Source of the DNA: Lama glama
Lineage: Eukaryota
Length of the DNA stretch: 64,000 nt
Assembly: GCA_028534125.1 (NCBI GenBank)
Contig: CM052817.1
Span: forward strand, 806,001 to 870,000
Direction of reading: 5' to 3'
The notes under the pieces were generated by a model. That model saw nothing but the letters and a program-made list of their open reading frames with translations, had not been told where the DNA came from and ran no database searches. This document shows, piece after piece, positions 23,721 through 35,005 of the stretch. Position 1 is the stretch's first letter. Each line of letters starts with the position of its first letter. The translations under genes were made by a program, and so were the position numbers.

Positions 23721-23827
23721 AACGAAGAGTCCCTGAAGCAATGTGTGGAGGGCTACATAGGGAGGATCGAGAAGGAGAGCCAGAGGTACCAGGCGCTGAA
23801 GGCCCACGCGGAGGAGAAGCTCCAGCT
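23721..23827 (+). CDS. TACC3: TACC3 exon 14
   Basis: [35 protein letters not shown](L); aaag| and CT|gtgagt; 107 nt. Confidence 0.96.
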
Positions 23828-23908
23828 GTGAGTGGTGCAGCCTGGGGCTGGGGGCGGGGCTGGAGGAGGCCCCGAGTCGGGGCTCAGCCCTGCCCTCCGC
23901 TGCTCCAG

Positions 23909-24029
23909 GGCCAACGAGGAGATCGCTCAGGTCCGCAGCAAGGCCCAGGCGGAGGCTCTGGCGCTGCAGGCGGTCCTGAGGAAGGAGCAGATGCGGGTCC
24001 ACTCCCTGGAGAAGGTCGTGGAGCAGAAG
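23909..24029 (+). CDS. TACC3: TACC3 exon 15
   Basis: [40 protein letters not shown]; ccag| and AAG|gtggg; 121 nt. Confidence 0.96.
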
Positions 24030-24160
24030 GTGGGCACGGGGTCCCAGGGTCTGGGCAGAGCCGGGGAGGAGCAGACCCCTGGTTCTAGAAGCCCTGGAGC
24101 TGCTCCCGACTCCTCAGAGCACTGTGTGAGAATTCTCAGGATTCGACTTCCCTCCTCCAG

Positions 24161-24226
24161 ACTAAGGAAAACGATGAACTGACCAGGATCTGTGACGACC
24201 TCATTTCCAAGATGGAGAAAATCTGA
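24161..24226 (+). CDS. TACC3: TACC3 exon 16 (last coding exon)
   Basis: [24 protein letters not shown]; the 15 coding exons sum to 2358 nt = 785 aa plus stop. Confidence 0.97.
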   Translation, partial: TKENDELTRICDDLISKMEKI

Positions 24227-24344
24227 TGGGGAGGTCCTGACCGGTGCCCGGCTCTCCTGTCTGTGTGTGTGTCTGTCTGACTCTTTTTTCTCTTCTATTA
24301 ACCTCAACTCGTTTTTAAACTAGGTTGCTTTAGGAAGAAGACTA

Positions 24345-24350
24345 AATAAA
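24345..24350 (+). terminator. TACC3 polyadenylation signal
   Basis: AATAAA ~120 nt after the stop, followed by a GT-rich tract (ggttgtcctggtcttg) at ~24376-24391. Confidence 0.8.
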
Positions 24351-25424
24351 GTTTCCCTTAAGTCTAAGCACTGAGGTTGTCCTGGTCTTGACTGAAGTGA
24401 AAGTTTCTGGCTCTGGCCCGACCGAGGCTGAGCCGCCCAGGCTTCCATCCACTCTGCGCCGTCAGCCTGCCCCTGCCCCGTACCTCCTCCGGAGCCGCTC
24501 GGCGGGCGCAGGCAGGCATGTGGGCGGGCAGCCCGCCCTAGGGACGACGAGGTGGGCCCAAGTCTGCCCCGGCAGCCATGTGGTCCTGGGGCGTGGTATC
24601 TCTGCCTCATGACCACAGATCAAAATCCAAACAGACCAAAGTTTTAATGTGAGGAAGCAAACAACCAGCCACGGTGAGGGCTGGCTTTGTGTCACTTGGC
24701 AAGGCCTCGGCCCCATTAATCGAACAGTCACTGAGGTGTCGCTGGTGCGTCTCGTAGCCGTGCCGAGATCACACCTGTGGTTGGTAGTTCCGAGCTGTCT
24801 TGACAGCAGGGAGGGCCTCCTGTCCCCAGAGACCGTTCCCAAGGAAGAAGGGGCACCATCTCCTGACCGGCAGCTCCCGCTGGGTTTCCAGGCTGCAGAC
24901 CCACAGTCTCCTGGGCCAGTTCTGTGAGGGAGTCTGAGAAGGTGGCGTCAGGCAACCTACGGGCTGCTTCTCGGTCTAGGACAGACTTTTGTAGCTCCTG
25001 AAAAATGCTCTGCCTCTAAAAACTCAAGTAAGAAATAAGGCCTGAGTAGGGTTTCCAAGTCCACGCCCCCGGCCCCAGTGGCTGCATCTCTGGTCCCCCA
25101 GGGCCCACTCCAGCGGAGGGGCGCGTCACACACTTGCTGGACCCTTGGACACGGGCCAGAGCACTGCCCTTGTCTTGGTGCCTTGCTCAGTGACCCTGTG
25201 ATACAGGGGATGGGGCTGGGGAGGCACTTGGAGGTGAACTCCAGGGACAGGCACGGAGGGTGTACGGCAGCCCCCAGAAGTCCTTCTGAACTGGGCAGGG
25301 TCCTGGCCCACAGGGCATCAGGGGACCCTGGGCACGGGCCGGCAGAGAGCTGGTCGGACACTCGTCTCTGAAACTGAGACCTAGAGCCATGTCCTCACAC
25401 CGTGGCCCCCGGAACCAGGAGGAG

Positions 25425-25500
25425 GGCAGCCTGAGGTTCTGCGTTCCCAGCCCATTCCTGATGGTGCTGGTGCTGCCGGCCCAGACCTCACCATCGTCAA
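25425..25500. mobile_element. MER5-like DNA transposon fragment
   Basis: gcctgaggttctgcgttcccagcccattcctgatggtgctggtgctgccggcccagacctcac resembles the MER5A end. Confidence 0.5.
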
Positions 25501-27225
25501 GCGGACAAAGGACATGGGCGAGAAAGCACCAGACCTACGGAAGAACCACCAGCAAAGGACACTTCCTCTCATCAGCCACGGGGGGGGGTCCCCACACAGG
25601 GACCCAGGCCGAGGCCTGCCTGGTTAGAAGACCTCTGAGCATGCCTCAGGCGAAGGCCCCAGCCCGGACCTCCCCAGGACCCATCTTCTCCCCAGGATGG
25701 ACTCCCAGGTGGGCCGCAGCCACAGGCCGGCCGCCACCAGGGGTCGCTGCTGGCCATGGGCCACAGCATGGACTGGAACCTGGTGGCAGCCTCACTGGGG
25801 AGCAACCCCCACACCATGGGCCCCGACAGGCACACAGCGCGTTTGTCCTCAGTGCGTTCAGAGGGACTAAAGGCCGGGCGGGAGCCCAGGGGGCCACTCT
25901 GCCCAGGCTCCAGCCCCCATCGGTACAGCTGCCACAGTCATTTTACAACAACCAAAGTCAAGCATGTCCCTCCTGTGCTCAAGAAACTGCCATGGCTACC
26001 AGCTCCCAGTGTAAGGGCCAAGCCCCTGGGCTGGGCCAGAACCTCCCACCAGGCCAGCCCCAGGCCATGGGCCCTCTTTAGGAAGGAGGCTGGTGGCCCT
26101 GAAGGCCTACGCAGAGGCCACCCTCAGTCTCCTCCTGGCAGGCAGGCTGGCCACTGGCCAGGGGTCTGGGATTCCTCATCACGCTGGACCCCCTCCCTGG
26201 AGTGATGCAGGCTCCTGCCCTCACTGTGCAGACCCCAAGCCTGCCCCAAACCTGGTGCCCCGCTCCCGGCTCCCACGCCAATGTCAGCCCCACCCCTGTC
26301 CCTGGACAAGAGTCTCTCTCACCCCCTCCCCTGCACAGGGACCGACCCCCTTTCAGCCCTTGGATGGGTACCCTACACATCACTCCCACCCAGGAGGAGC
26401 TCAGGAGCTGAGGGACCTCAAAGTCCTGCTGAGGCCCACTTCACAGGTGGGGAAACTAAGGCCGCAGGGACCAGCGACTAACGGCTGGGGAGGCCCTGCA
26501 GGGCACAGGGTGTGGGCACCCCTCTCCTGCCTGGGCAGACGGGCGAGGGCTGCCGCCTCCAAGCTGACCAGCTGCTCTGCGGCTCGGGGCGGTGGTGTCC
26601 TCAGCTCCCTGCAGGTGTGCCCCCGCTTCTCCTTGCAGGCTCCGGGCTGCTCTGGAGGGGCCTGGAGAGGCATCCTCCTCACCTGGCTCAGCCTGGCCTC
26701 TCTGGCCACTCCAAGAGCTGCCTGGGGCCCTGTCCCCAGCCGGGGCCTCTCTGAGCCAGGCCAGGAGTCTGCCCAGAGGCCACGAGGGGCGGCCGGCCAT
26801 ACTGAGGACACAGGCCGCCGGGCAGCATCCTGGGCCGGGAGCCTCTCTCTGGACAAAGGGGCCTTGTGCGGCTGAATGGGTGTTTATCCTGGAGCCCAAG
26901 TTAACTTGGGGCCACGAGGCCGGGTGGGGGCCCTGGCACTGGCCTTCCAAGGGTAAACACGACCTGAGCTGGGCATGCAGCCGCAGGCCTAGTCTTCCGC
27001 ACCCCTGGGCTCCCTGCACATCGTCACCACCAAGCCAGGGGACCTCCTACCAGGATGGGGACGTGGGGAAACAGAGCTGTCCTGGGGCCATCTCCTCGTC
27101 CTCTTAGCTGAGCAGGGGGAATTATGGGAATGGCGGCAGCAGAGGCCTCGTGGACCAAGCCTCCCAGAGGCTGCCTCCCAGACACTGAACCCTCCCCATG
27201 GCATGGCGGGAACCTGGCTTCTTAC

Positions 27226-27591
27226 TGTTACAGAACAGATGTGTGTCCCCCCAAAATTCATGTGCTGAAACCCTAGCCCCAGGGTGATGCTATCAGGAGG
27301 TGGGGCCTTTGGGAGGTGATTAGGGTTGGATGGGGTCGTGAGTGTGGGGTCCCCATGATGGAGTTAATGTCCTTACAGGAAAAGGAAGAGAACAGACCTC
27401 CTCTGCCTCCACTGTGAGGGCCCAGCAAGAAGGCGGCCGTCTGCAGGCCAGGAGCGGGCCCTCACCCTGAAGCAAGCTGGTCTCCACCCTGAGCTCAGAC
27501 TTCCTCCAGGACTGTGAGAAAATAAATGACTGTTGTTTAAGGCCCAGGCTGTGGTACTTTGTCACAGCAGCCTGCGTCGACAGGACTAGGG
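27226..27591 (+). mobile_element. MaLR solo LTR (MLT1A-like)
   Basis: Starts TGttac..tgtgtccccccaaaattcatgtgctgaaacccta..ggtggggcctttgggaggtgattagg; ends cctccaggactgtgagaaaataaatgactgttgtttaag..gtggtactttgtcacagcagcc. Confidence 0.9.
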
Positions 27592-29607
27592 CTGCCTGGC
27601 CCAAGGCCACCCACTGCCCACTGTCCCCCTGCAGCTGTGACCACCCCCACCCTGAGCTGGCATCCCACCCGGAGAAGGCCGGGCCAATGGGGCCTCACTG
27701 CCCCCCACCCCTCTCAGAGGGTCCATCTCGGGCCACCCTGGGCTGCTTTTGGCCCTCTCAGTGGGCTGAGGGGTGCCAGTAGCATCCTCATGTCTCGGTT
27801 ATGGCTCTCTGTGGCCAGCCGCTGTCAGCCACGTGGCCAAGCTCCTGACAGGGACGGGAATGCAGGGAGACTGGCCAAAATGGGACCCCTTGCCGAGCCC
27901 ACTCTCCAGGCCCCCATCCAATACCGGCCCTCCCCCCTGCAGGTCACCCCCAGTCTCCCTGGAACCCAGAGCTGCCTCCCCTCACAACTGCCCCAGCCCA
28001 GGCTGGACCCCAGACCCACATCAGTCCCTCATGGTCCAAGCCAACGGGAGGTGCTGCCAGGCCAAGCAGGCGCCTGGAAGTCTTTTCTGGCACTGCCATC
28101 CCATCCGTGGGTCCTTCCCCGGGGGCATCTGTGCCGTGCGTGCCTCGGTGACCCGGCATGCAGGCCCAGACTCTGCGCTCCCTCACTGACCCCTTGGGCT
28201 GCCCCGGTGCCTGGGTTCATGCTCCTGTGTCCTCCCAGGGGTCCTAGACAGAGGGCCCAGCAGACCACCACACACTCAGGAAGTGGGGGCACACTGTGGA
28301 ACAGCTGGCCCCTCTGGGCAGGACCAGGCCAGAGGAGGAGCGTCCTCACTCAGCTGAAGCCATCCTCCGGGGCTGTGTGGTGTGTGTCGTGAGGGGGCGC
28401 ACGCCTGCGCCTGCAGGGGCTGTGCGTGTGGGGACAGGCATGCACATCCTGGCCCTGGCCCCGAGCGGCCTCCACTCCCCAGACCCCAGACCCCAGGCGG
28501 CCTGTACTACCCCCAGCCCTGGCCCAGCCCCAGCTCTCCTGACCCCACCCAGGTACTCCGACCCCCACGCGCCCTGACCCAGACTGCTGGGGCTGCGCAG
28601 AAGCCATTGAGTCCAGCGGCCCGCAGGGGGCATTGCTGAGCCAGTCTGAGGCTGGCTGAGCAGTGACCGTGTCCTCAGAGCGATCCAGACCGGCCCCTCC
28701 CCTCCACACCACTGTGGGAGTCGAGGGGCCACCCCCTTTTGTGCCCTGCCAAGTCTTGGGGGGTGCTGATCTTCCCCTTTCACGGTGTCCCTCCATCCTT
28801 TAGACCCTTGTGCATGGCCCAGGCCCTCTCCAGCTTGTGAACGGCCGGGCCCGGGCCCAGGGAGGGTACGGGGCTGGCACCATCGCCATTGAGGGTCTGA
28901 ACAAGCCGGCGTGGGGCTGCGAGACGGGTCTACAGCAGAGCCCAGGCCCTCCCTCCCCAGTCCAGGCCTTGTCCAGTCCAGTGATTTTCTGGGCTGCCCT
29001 GTGGTGAGGCGGACACTGCACTCTGGCCTCTGAACCACCAGCTAGGCCCCCGAGGCACACAGTGGCCCTCACTTCCATAAGGCTTCCAGAGTGGCCGGAC
29101 TCCTCAGAGAAACATCCCTTGTTCCAAACCTGGTGCTGGGCACCCAGCAATCTGGACAGTACACAGGTGTTCGTAGAGTGAATGGATGAATGGGATTGCG
29201 GGCACCAAAGGCCTCCCTCAGGCCCCCTGGCTCTAGGGCAGGGAGTAAGGTGAGGAGTCACGCCTCTTGCAGACAGTGGGTGGGATGAGAGGCAGTGAGT
29301 GAGCGAGTGAGTGAAGGAGTGAATGAGTGCGTGAACGAGGGAGGGAGGGAGGGAGCGGGGCTGTGCCCGGTGAGGCAATGGCCAGGCCCCCACAGGTGGT
29401 GTCCTCTAAGGCCCCACCCTGCTGGAAGACTGTCCCCCTCCTGTCCCCCTTCCTCGTACACCGGCTGCCTGTCCGCCCACCCCTCCGTGTCCACTCCTGA
29501 GTCAAGCAGGTGCTGACCAGGCCTGGCTGTGGAGCCGAGACGGGGGTGGACAACAGACAACGTGAGACACTGAGCATCGGCCTCTGAGTCTGGACAGAAG
29601 GTGCTCT

Positions 29608-29744
29608 GGGGGAAGGATGCAGCTCTGCGGCAGAGCGCGTGCTCAGCATGCAGGAGGCCCCGGTTCAGTCCCCGGGGCCTCCTCTAAATATAAACACAGA
29701 AGAAAATAAATAAATAAACCTATCTACCTCCCCCCTTATAAAAA
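29608..29744 (+). mobile_element. tRNA-Ala-derived SINE (camelid Vic-1-like)
   Basis: tRNA-like head (agctctgcggcagagcgcgtgctcagcatgcaggagg..ggttcagtcccc), then aaataaataaataaacctatctacctcccccc and A-rich tail; imperfect flanking direct repeat agaaggtgctc/agaaagggctc. Confidence 0.8.
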
Positions 29745-30361
29745 GAAAGGGCTCCTGAGTGGGGCAGGGTGGCTGCCTTGGGTGCTGGCAGGTGGACGGG
29801 CGGGCGCGACACTGGCCTGGGCTGCTGTCTGCCCACTGGGTCTTCGTCTGTCCACTCGTAGGGGCCGGACCGGACCTGCCTGAGAGCCTGTACTGGCAGG
29901 CGCCACTCAGTGGGCAAAATCTGGGAGGGGTCTTGGGAGGGAAGGTGGGGGTCCTGCAGAGTGTCAGAGAGCCAGAGGGCTAGGGCAGTGCTGGGGTTAA
30001 AGCAAGCTGGAAGGGTCCCACCAGGGGGCACCCTTTCCCGGGTGTGCCCAGCCTGGTGGGTGACCCCCCCCCCACCAACCGGGCGGCAGGGCCACGAGCC
30101 ACAGGCAGTGCCTCGGGGGAACCGCACTGTCTTGTCACGCGGCCTGTGGGGACACGGCAGCGAAGGGGCCCCAGGGCTTCCATCGGGGTGACCTCAGGCC
30201 TGCCCTGCCCTCTGCCCTGCCCAGAGCTGTCTGCTCTCAGCTCCCAGGGCCCACGCCAGGAGACAGATCCAGGAGGCAGCAGACCCCCGCCAGCACCAAG
30301 CCCGACGCCCCGTCAGTCATGAGGAGCGGGACCCTGAGACTCGAAGACAGCGCCACACGCT

Positions 30362-30500
30362 GGGTCATTCATTCATTCACACGACAGACGTATGCTGAGC
30401 ACCCTGTCTGTTCCAAGCTTTGTTCTAGGCCCTGGGGTCAGCCGGGGACAGACCCGTCCAGTCCCTGCCCTGCTGGAGCCAACTCTCTGGCTAGGGTGGG
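30362..30500 (-). mobile_element. LINE-2 3' tail fragment
   Basis: tcattcattcattcac..tatgctgagcaccctgtctgttccaagctttgttctaggccctgggg..gtccctgccctgctggagc. Confidence 0.7.
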
Positions 30501-33500
30501 GTGGGGGGAGCGGAGACTGAAGGGATAAACAAGCCAACACAGAACATGTCGAGAGGTGACAGTGCCACAGGGGAGGGGCGGAGAGCAGGGAGGAAAGGGT
30601 GCGGTGCCTCTTGTGGGGCTCCAACCAGGAAGGTGCAGCGCTTCTCCACTGCGCCCCCTGCCCCAGGCCCTGCAGGCCATGGAGGCGCGCCCGCAGCTGT
30701 CACGCTTCTTCGGCGGGGCACTCACACCACAGGAGCTGGCTGGGCAAGAGCTCCAGGGTCTCTGACGCATTGGAGGCCAGAACAGCAGGCAGCATAGGGG
30801 AGGGGACAGGGTCAGGGGACACTGACCCAGAGAGGGGGCTGGCCCCAAGCCCCAGCAAGGCCTGAAAACAGGGTGCAGGCTCCCCTAGCCCCAAATGACC
30901 CAGCCGCTCCCCAGTGGGCAGGTGGTGGGGAGGGTCAGCCCTGGGAGGCCAGCAGTTCGACTGGCCCGGCTCTGTCTGTGCTCTGGAAACACGCGCGGGA
31001 CCCTCTCCCTCTCTGTGCCGCCCAGCTGTCAGGAGCCAGCGACCCTCAGGCTCCTTTGGGCCTGGAAGGCAGCCTCCCACCGGGGTCCAGCTGCCCCCCA
31101 CCCCCATGGGCTGAGGCTGCAGGGTGAGTCCTCTCGCACCAAGGGAAGGGGCACATCTTGCACAAGCACCACGCTGGGGAGGCAGCAGGGAATCAGAAAC
31201 ACATGGCCAGGGTGGCCCAGCATCATGTCCCCACGCCCTGCGTCCAGCCCTCGGGCGGCTCACACACAGAGCTGAGCCGGGGCGGGACCTAGATGGCAGG
31301 GCTCCTCTGAGCCTTCCTGTCGCACCAGGGGCCCGCTGTTTGCTCTCAGTCCCTCAGTCACACAGCCCTGCTCACTCTCTACATCCACCTGGAGGCTCAC
31401 ACCTCATTGCCCGGGCACTGGGCTCTCAGAGCTGGGTGTCAGGGCTACTCACCCGCAAGGCGCCCCTCCCGCCCCCAGAGCCTGGCATCTGGAGAACCTG
31501 GATCTCCAGGTTTCAAAAAAAGAGACAAAGACCGCCCCATCCCCTCAGCCACCGTGAGTCCAGCTCCTCCGGAGCAGCGGCAGTCACCAACTTTACTGCA
31601 CGCCCTCAAAGGCACGCTGCAGGGTTCCGTTCACACGGAGGCTGCCGAGCCCCTGAGAAGCAAAGGGAGAGAAACAGGTCAGCTGCCTACAGAGCAGTGG
31701 GCTCAGTGCCAGGCTGTGGCCACCCCACGCCAAAAGGCCCAGGCCTTGGGACCAGGCTCACCCCTCATCCCCGTAGGGGGCCCCATGTGGGCCAGCCTGG
31801 CGGCCAGGGGCTTTCTGGAGGAGTGGGCATTGCCAGGCAGGGGCCTCTCTTCTAAAGGAGACTTCAGACGTGGTTGGTGTCTGAAGTCCCGCCTCTCGGC
31901 CACCGAGGTCGCTGTGTCCCCTGGGGAGGCCGCACCCAGGCGCAGGGCCAGGTGGGTGTGCCAGCTCCGCACCCGCCCCAACGTGCCCACTGTGCTGCTT
32001 CCTCCGGGCGCGCTCCCCACACCAGGTGCTGGCTCACCCGCCAGGAGCGTGATCTCATCTCACCCCCTCAGCAGGGCAGGCCACGGCGGGACCCCACCCC
32101 ACAGGCAACAAGACTTGCCCACCCGAGGTCCCACAGCCCTCTCCCCACCCTGCCCTGATCATCCACCCTCCTCTGCCTCCTGGAGAGGGTCCTGAACCTG
32201 TGTCCTCCTGTGGACGGTGACAGCCAGAGCATGGCCCTGACGGAGATGCCGAGGACAGCAGGGCAGCTGGTGGGCACAGTGGGCGGGGGCACAGCATGGG
32301 CTCGGTGGCACCAGAGGACGCAGTGACGGGATGCCAGCCGCGCCAGGGGCAGGGTCGGCCAGGGGCTGGGCCTTGTCTGGTCGGATCTGAGGCCAGCCCC
32401 CAGCCTGGGCAGAGGGAGGTCGGCGAGGGCCGGCAGTAGAGGCCGTGTTGTTGCCGTGTTTCTCTCTCACCAAGCAGGAAGTGCCAGGGGCTCTTCCGGC
32501 GGGCTGCCGGCCAGGCCTCCTCAGCGCTTCTGGGAACCCCCTCCCCACGGGCTCAGAGAGCAGGAATGTGTCCTTGCCCCGAGCCCAGGCTTGTCTGGGC
32601 CCGAGTGCCCCATCAGGCCCAGTGTGACACGCCCCTTTCCCGGCCAGGGACAGCTGAGGCTGGCTTCCTGGAAGAGGTGCCTTGGGCCTCACCAGATGCC
32701 AGGCCAGGGGGAGACCGGTGAGTCAGGACCCGGGCAGGGGCTTAGCCTGAACAGAGCAGGAGGCAGAGGTGACAGGAGCCAGGGACGTGGCAAGCCAAGG
32801 CTTGTCTCTCTATCTGTCCCCACTCTGGTGGCCAGGCTCTGGGCCCCATCCTCACATCAAAGTCCCCAGGCCACTGACCTCTCACAGGTGGTCATAAGGT
32901 CTCTCTAAACCAGCGATGGTGAAAGGAAAAAGGCCCCAGGCCAGCTGTGTCCCCTGCTCCTGCCTCCAGTCCACCCACCCAGAATCTGTGCCTGCCCCCT
33001 CGCTGAGCCCTGCTCCAAGCCTGGCCAGAGCCCCACCTGCTGGGAGCTGGGGTTCTCAGAGGAGCCCCTCCCAGAAAAGTTCACACTGCCCCCCTGGCCG
33101 CTGGTGCCCCCTGCCCCTCAGCCTGAGAAGTCACCTTCCCCACTTTCCACTCTGAGATTCTGAGAGAGTGAGGCTCAGGGAAGGTCCCACAACAGGGGAC
33201 GTGGAAGAGAGGGCAGGGAGGGGAGGTCACCTGCAGGCTGGCCCCAGGGCAGGCACCCGGCCTAGGGATCCCAGTCCAGAGATGCAGCCAGCCTCAGGGA
33301 GGCCCAGTGTGGGATGAGGAAGTTCTCAGAGGGCCGATGGCAGGGATGGTGACCACTGGGCCCAGCCCGCGGGAGGTGCTGGGAGGGCGGTGGGGACACC
33401 GGGGTCAAGTCTGTGGGCTCTGGCGTCGGGCTGGGGGAGGCATGGTGGGAGCAAGACTGATGCAGTTGGCTGAGGGTCTCTGAGCCTCCATACGTTCGGA

Positions 33501-34944
33501 CAAAGGGCTGGTGCTAAGCCCACAACAGAGCTGGTGTGCCACCCCAGCCCAAGCCTGGAGAGGCCACTGGTCCCAGCCGTGTCCAGCCTGCTCTCCCTGG
33601 CAATGAGCAACACGCTGCTTGCCCCAGGGCTCCTCCCAACAGTTAGAGCCTCAGGTCCTGCTGCCAGGGGTGGGCAGGGGGCACAGCCGGGCTGAGCCTG
33701 TCACATGTTCCGAGCTGAACAGGCAGCTGGAGAGAGGCCGAGCTACCCAACCTGGGGCCCGCACCATGATCCCTGGGCCAGGTTTCTGGGGGGCCCAGAT
33801 CCTTGCTGCCCATCCCCTCCCTGGGAGGCTGTGCTGCTTTGGGCCCTGCGGTGACAGGAGCAGCAGCTGCTGTGAGCAGGACTCTCCTGATGTTCTCAGG
33901 GTCACCCCTATGCAGTGTCAGCTCAGGCCAGGGAGAGGAGGAAGGCAGAACCAGGGCCTGTGCTTACCTTGAGCCCCTCAGGGGAAGCTGAGCTCTCTGC
34001 AGGCTGAGGGGGAGGTAAGGAGGGCTCCCCGGAGGAGGAGGAGCCCAGCCAGCACCCACCCGACACTTGCTCCCTTGGGCTCCACCAGCAGAAGCCACCT
34101 GTTCCTGAGGCTTCATTGGGCAGCTCTTATCAGCTCCTGGACCCTTGAGCCCGTGGTCTGACAGAGGCCCCACGGCGGGGGCTGGCCTTGGTGGGCAGGC
34201 GAGCCTCTGAGGTGCCTCTCACCCCACATCTCCCTGGGCCACACCCTCCTTGGGGGCCAGAATGACCCTTTAATTTCACCGAGGGGCTGTTCGGGAGAGG
34301 GGGACCCTCGTCCTGCAATGGGTCACCAGCCAGGGAAGTTTCCCGGCGGAGGCGAGGTCTGGAGGATGAGGAAGGAGGAGGGAGAAGGTGCTCCCAGGGG
34401 AGGAGGGGCAGGACCAAGCTGGGGTCCCACTGCCCACCACTCAGCAGGAGACCCTGAGGGGAGGAGCGAGGCTCCCACCAGCAGCTGGATCATTGCCTGT
34501 GGCCTGGGAACAACCAGCACAGAAGCTGCCCCAACGTGGACAGAACGGCTCAGGACCAGGGCAGGAGGCAGGGTGGGGGGCAGTGAAGCCATGGCCCGCG
34601 GCCTCAGTGGCTCAACGGGTGCTTTGAGGCAGGCCGTGGAGGCAGCCCACACGGGACAGTGACACTCCCAGGCCCAGCGTCAGAGCGATCCGGTTTCAAA
34701 ACCAGCCTGGATTCCTCCCTAGCCAAGGAAGGAGCATAAAAACCCAATATGTTTTAATTATATCTTTGAGGGCCACGAGCACAATCGTTTCCAGATGGGG
34801 ACCCCGTTGACAGCCGCTCCGTGCTGGGCCCCAGGCTGGCGGGAGGAAGAGAGGACAGGACAGGCCCCCTCTAGGGTGACAGTGGCCCCTGTGGCACAGG
34901 GTTCACTGCCCAGTTCACCGCCAGTATGGGAGTGGCTGTTATTG

Positions 34945-35005
34945 GTCATGATTTCCATTTTACAGGTGGGGAAACTGAGGCTTGGACCTGCTGGGCCACA
35001 CAGTC
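34945..35005 (-). mobile_element. MIR core fragment
   Basis: ccattttacaggtggggaaactgaggct; similar short MIR cores at ~13152, 26434, 40208, 44785, 48692, 50612, 63715. Confidence 0.7.

Noticed and set aside
24310-24320. Cytoplasmic polyadenylation element in the TACC3 3' UTR
   Set aside because: TTTTTAAAC does not match the consensus UUUUAU/UUUUAAU; plausible for a maternal mRNA but unsupported here
29608-29683. tRNA-Ala gene
   Set aside because: A and B boxes and stems are degenerate, and a SINE-type tail with flanking direct repeats follows
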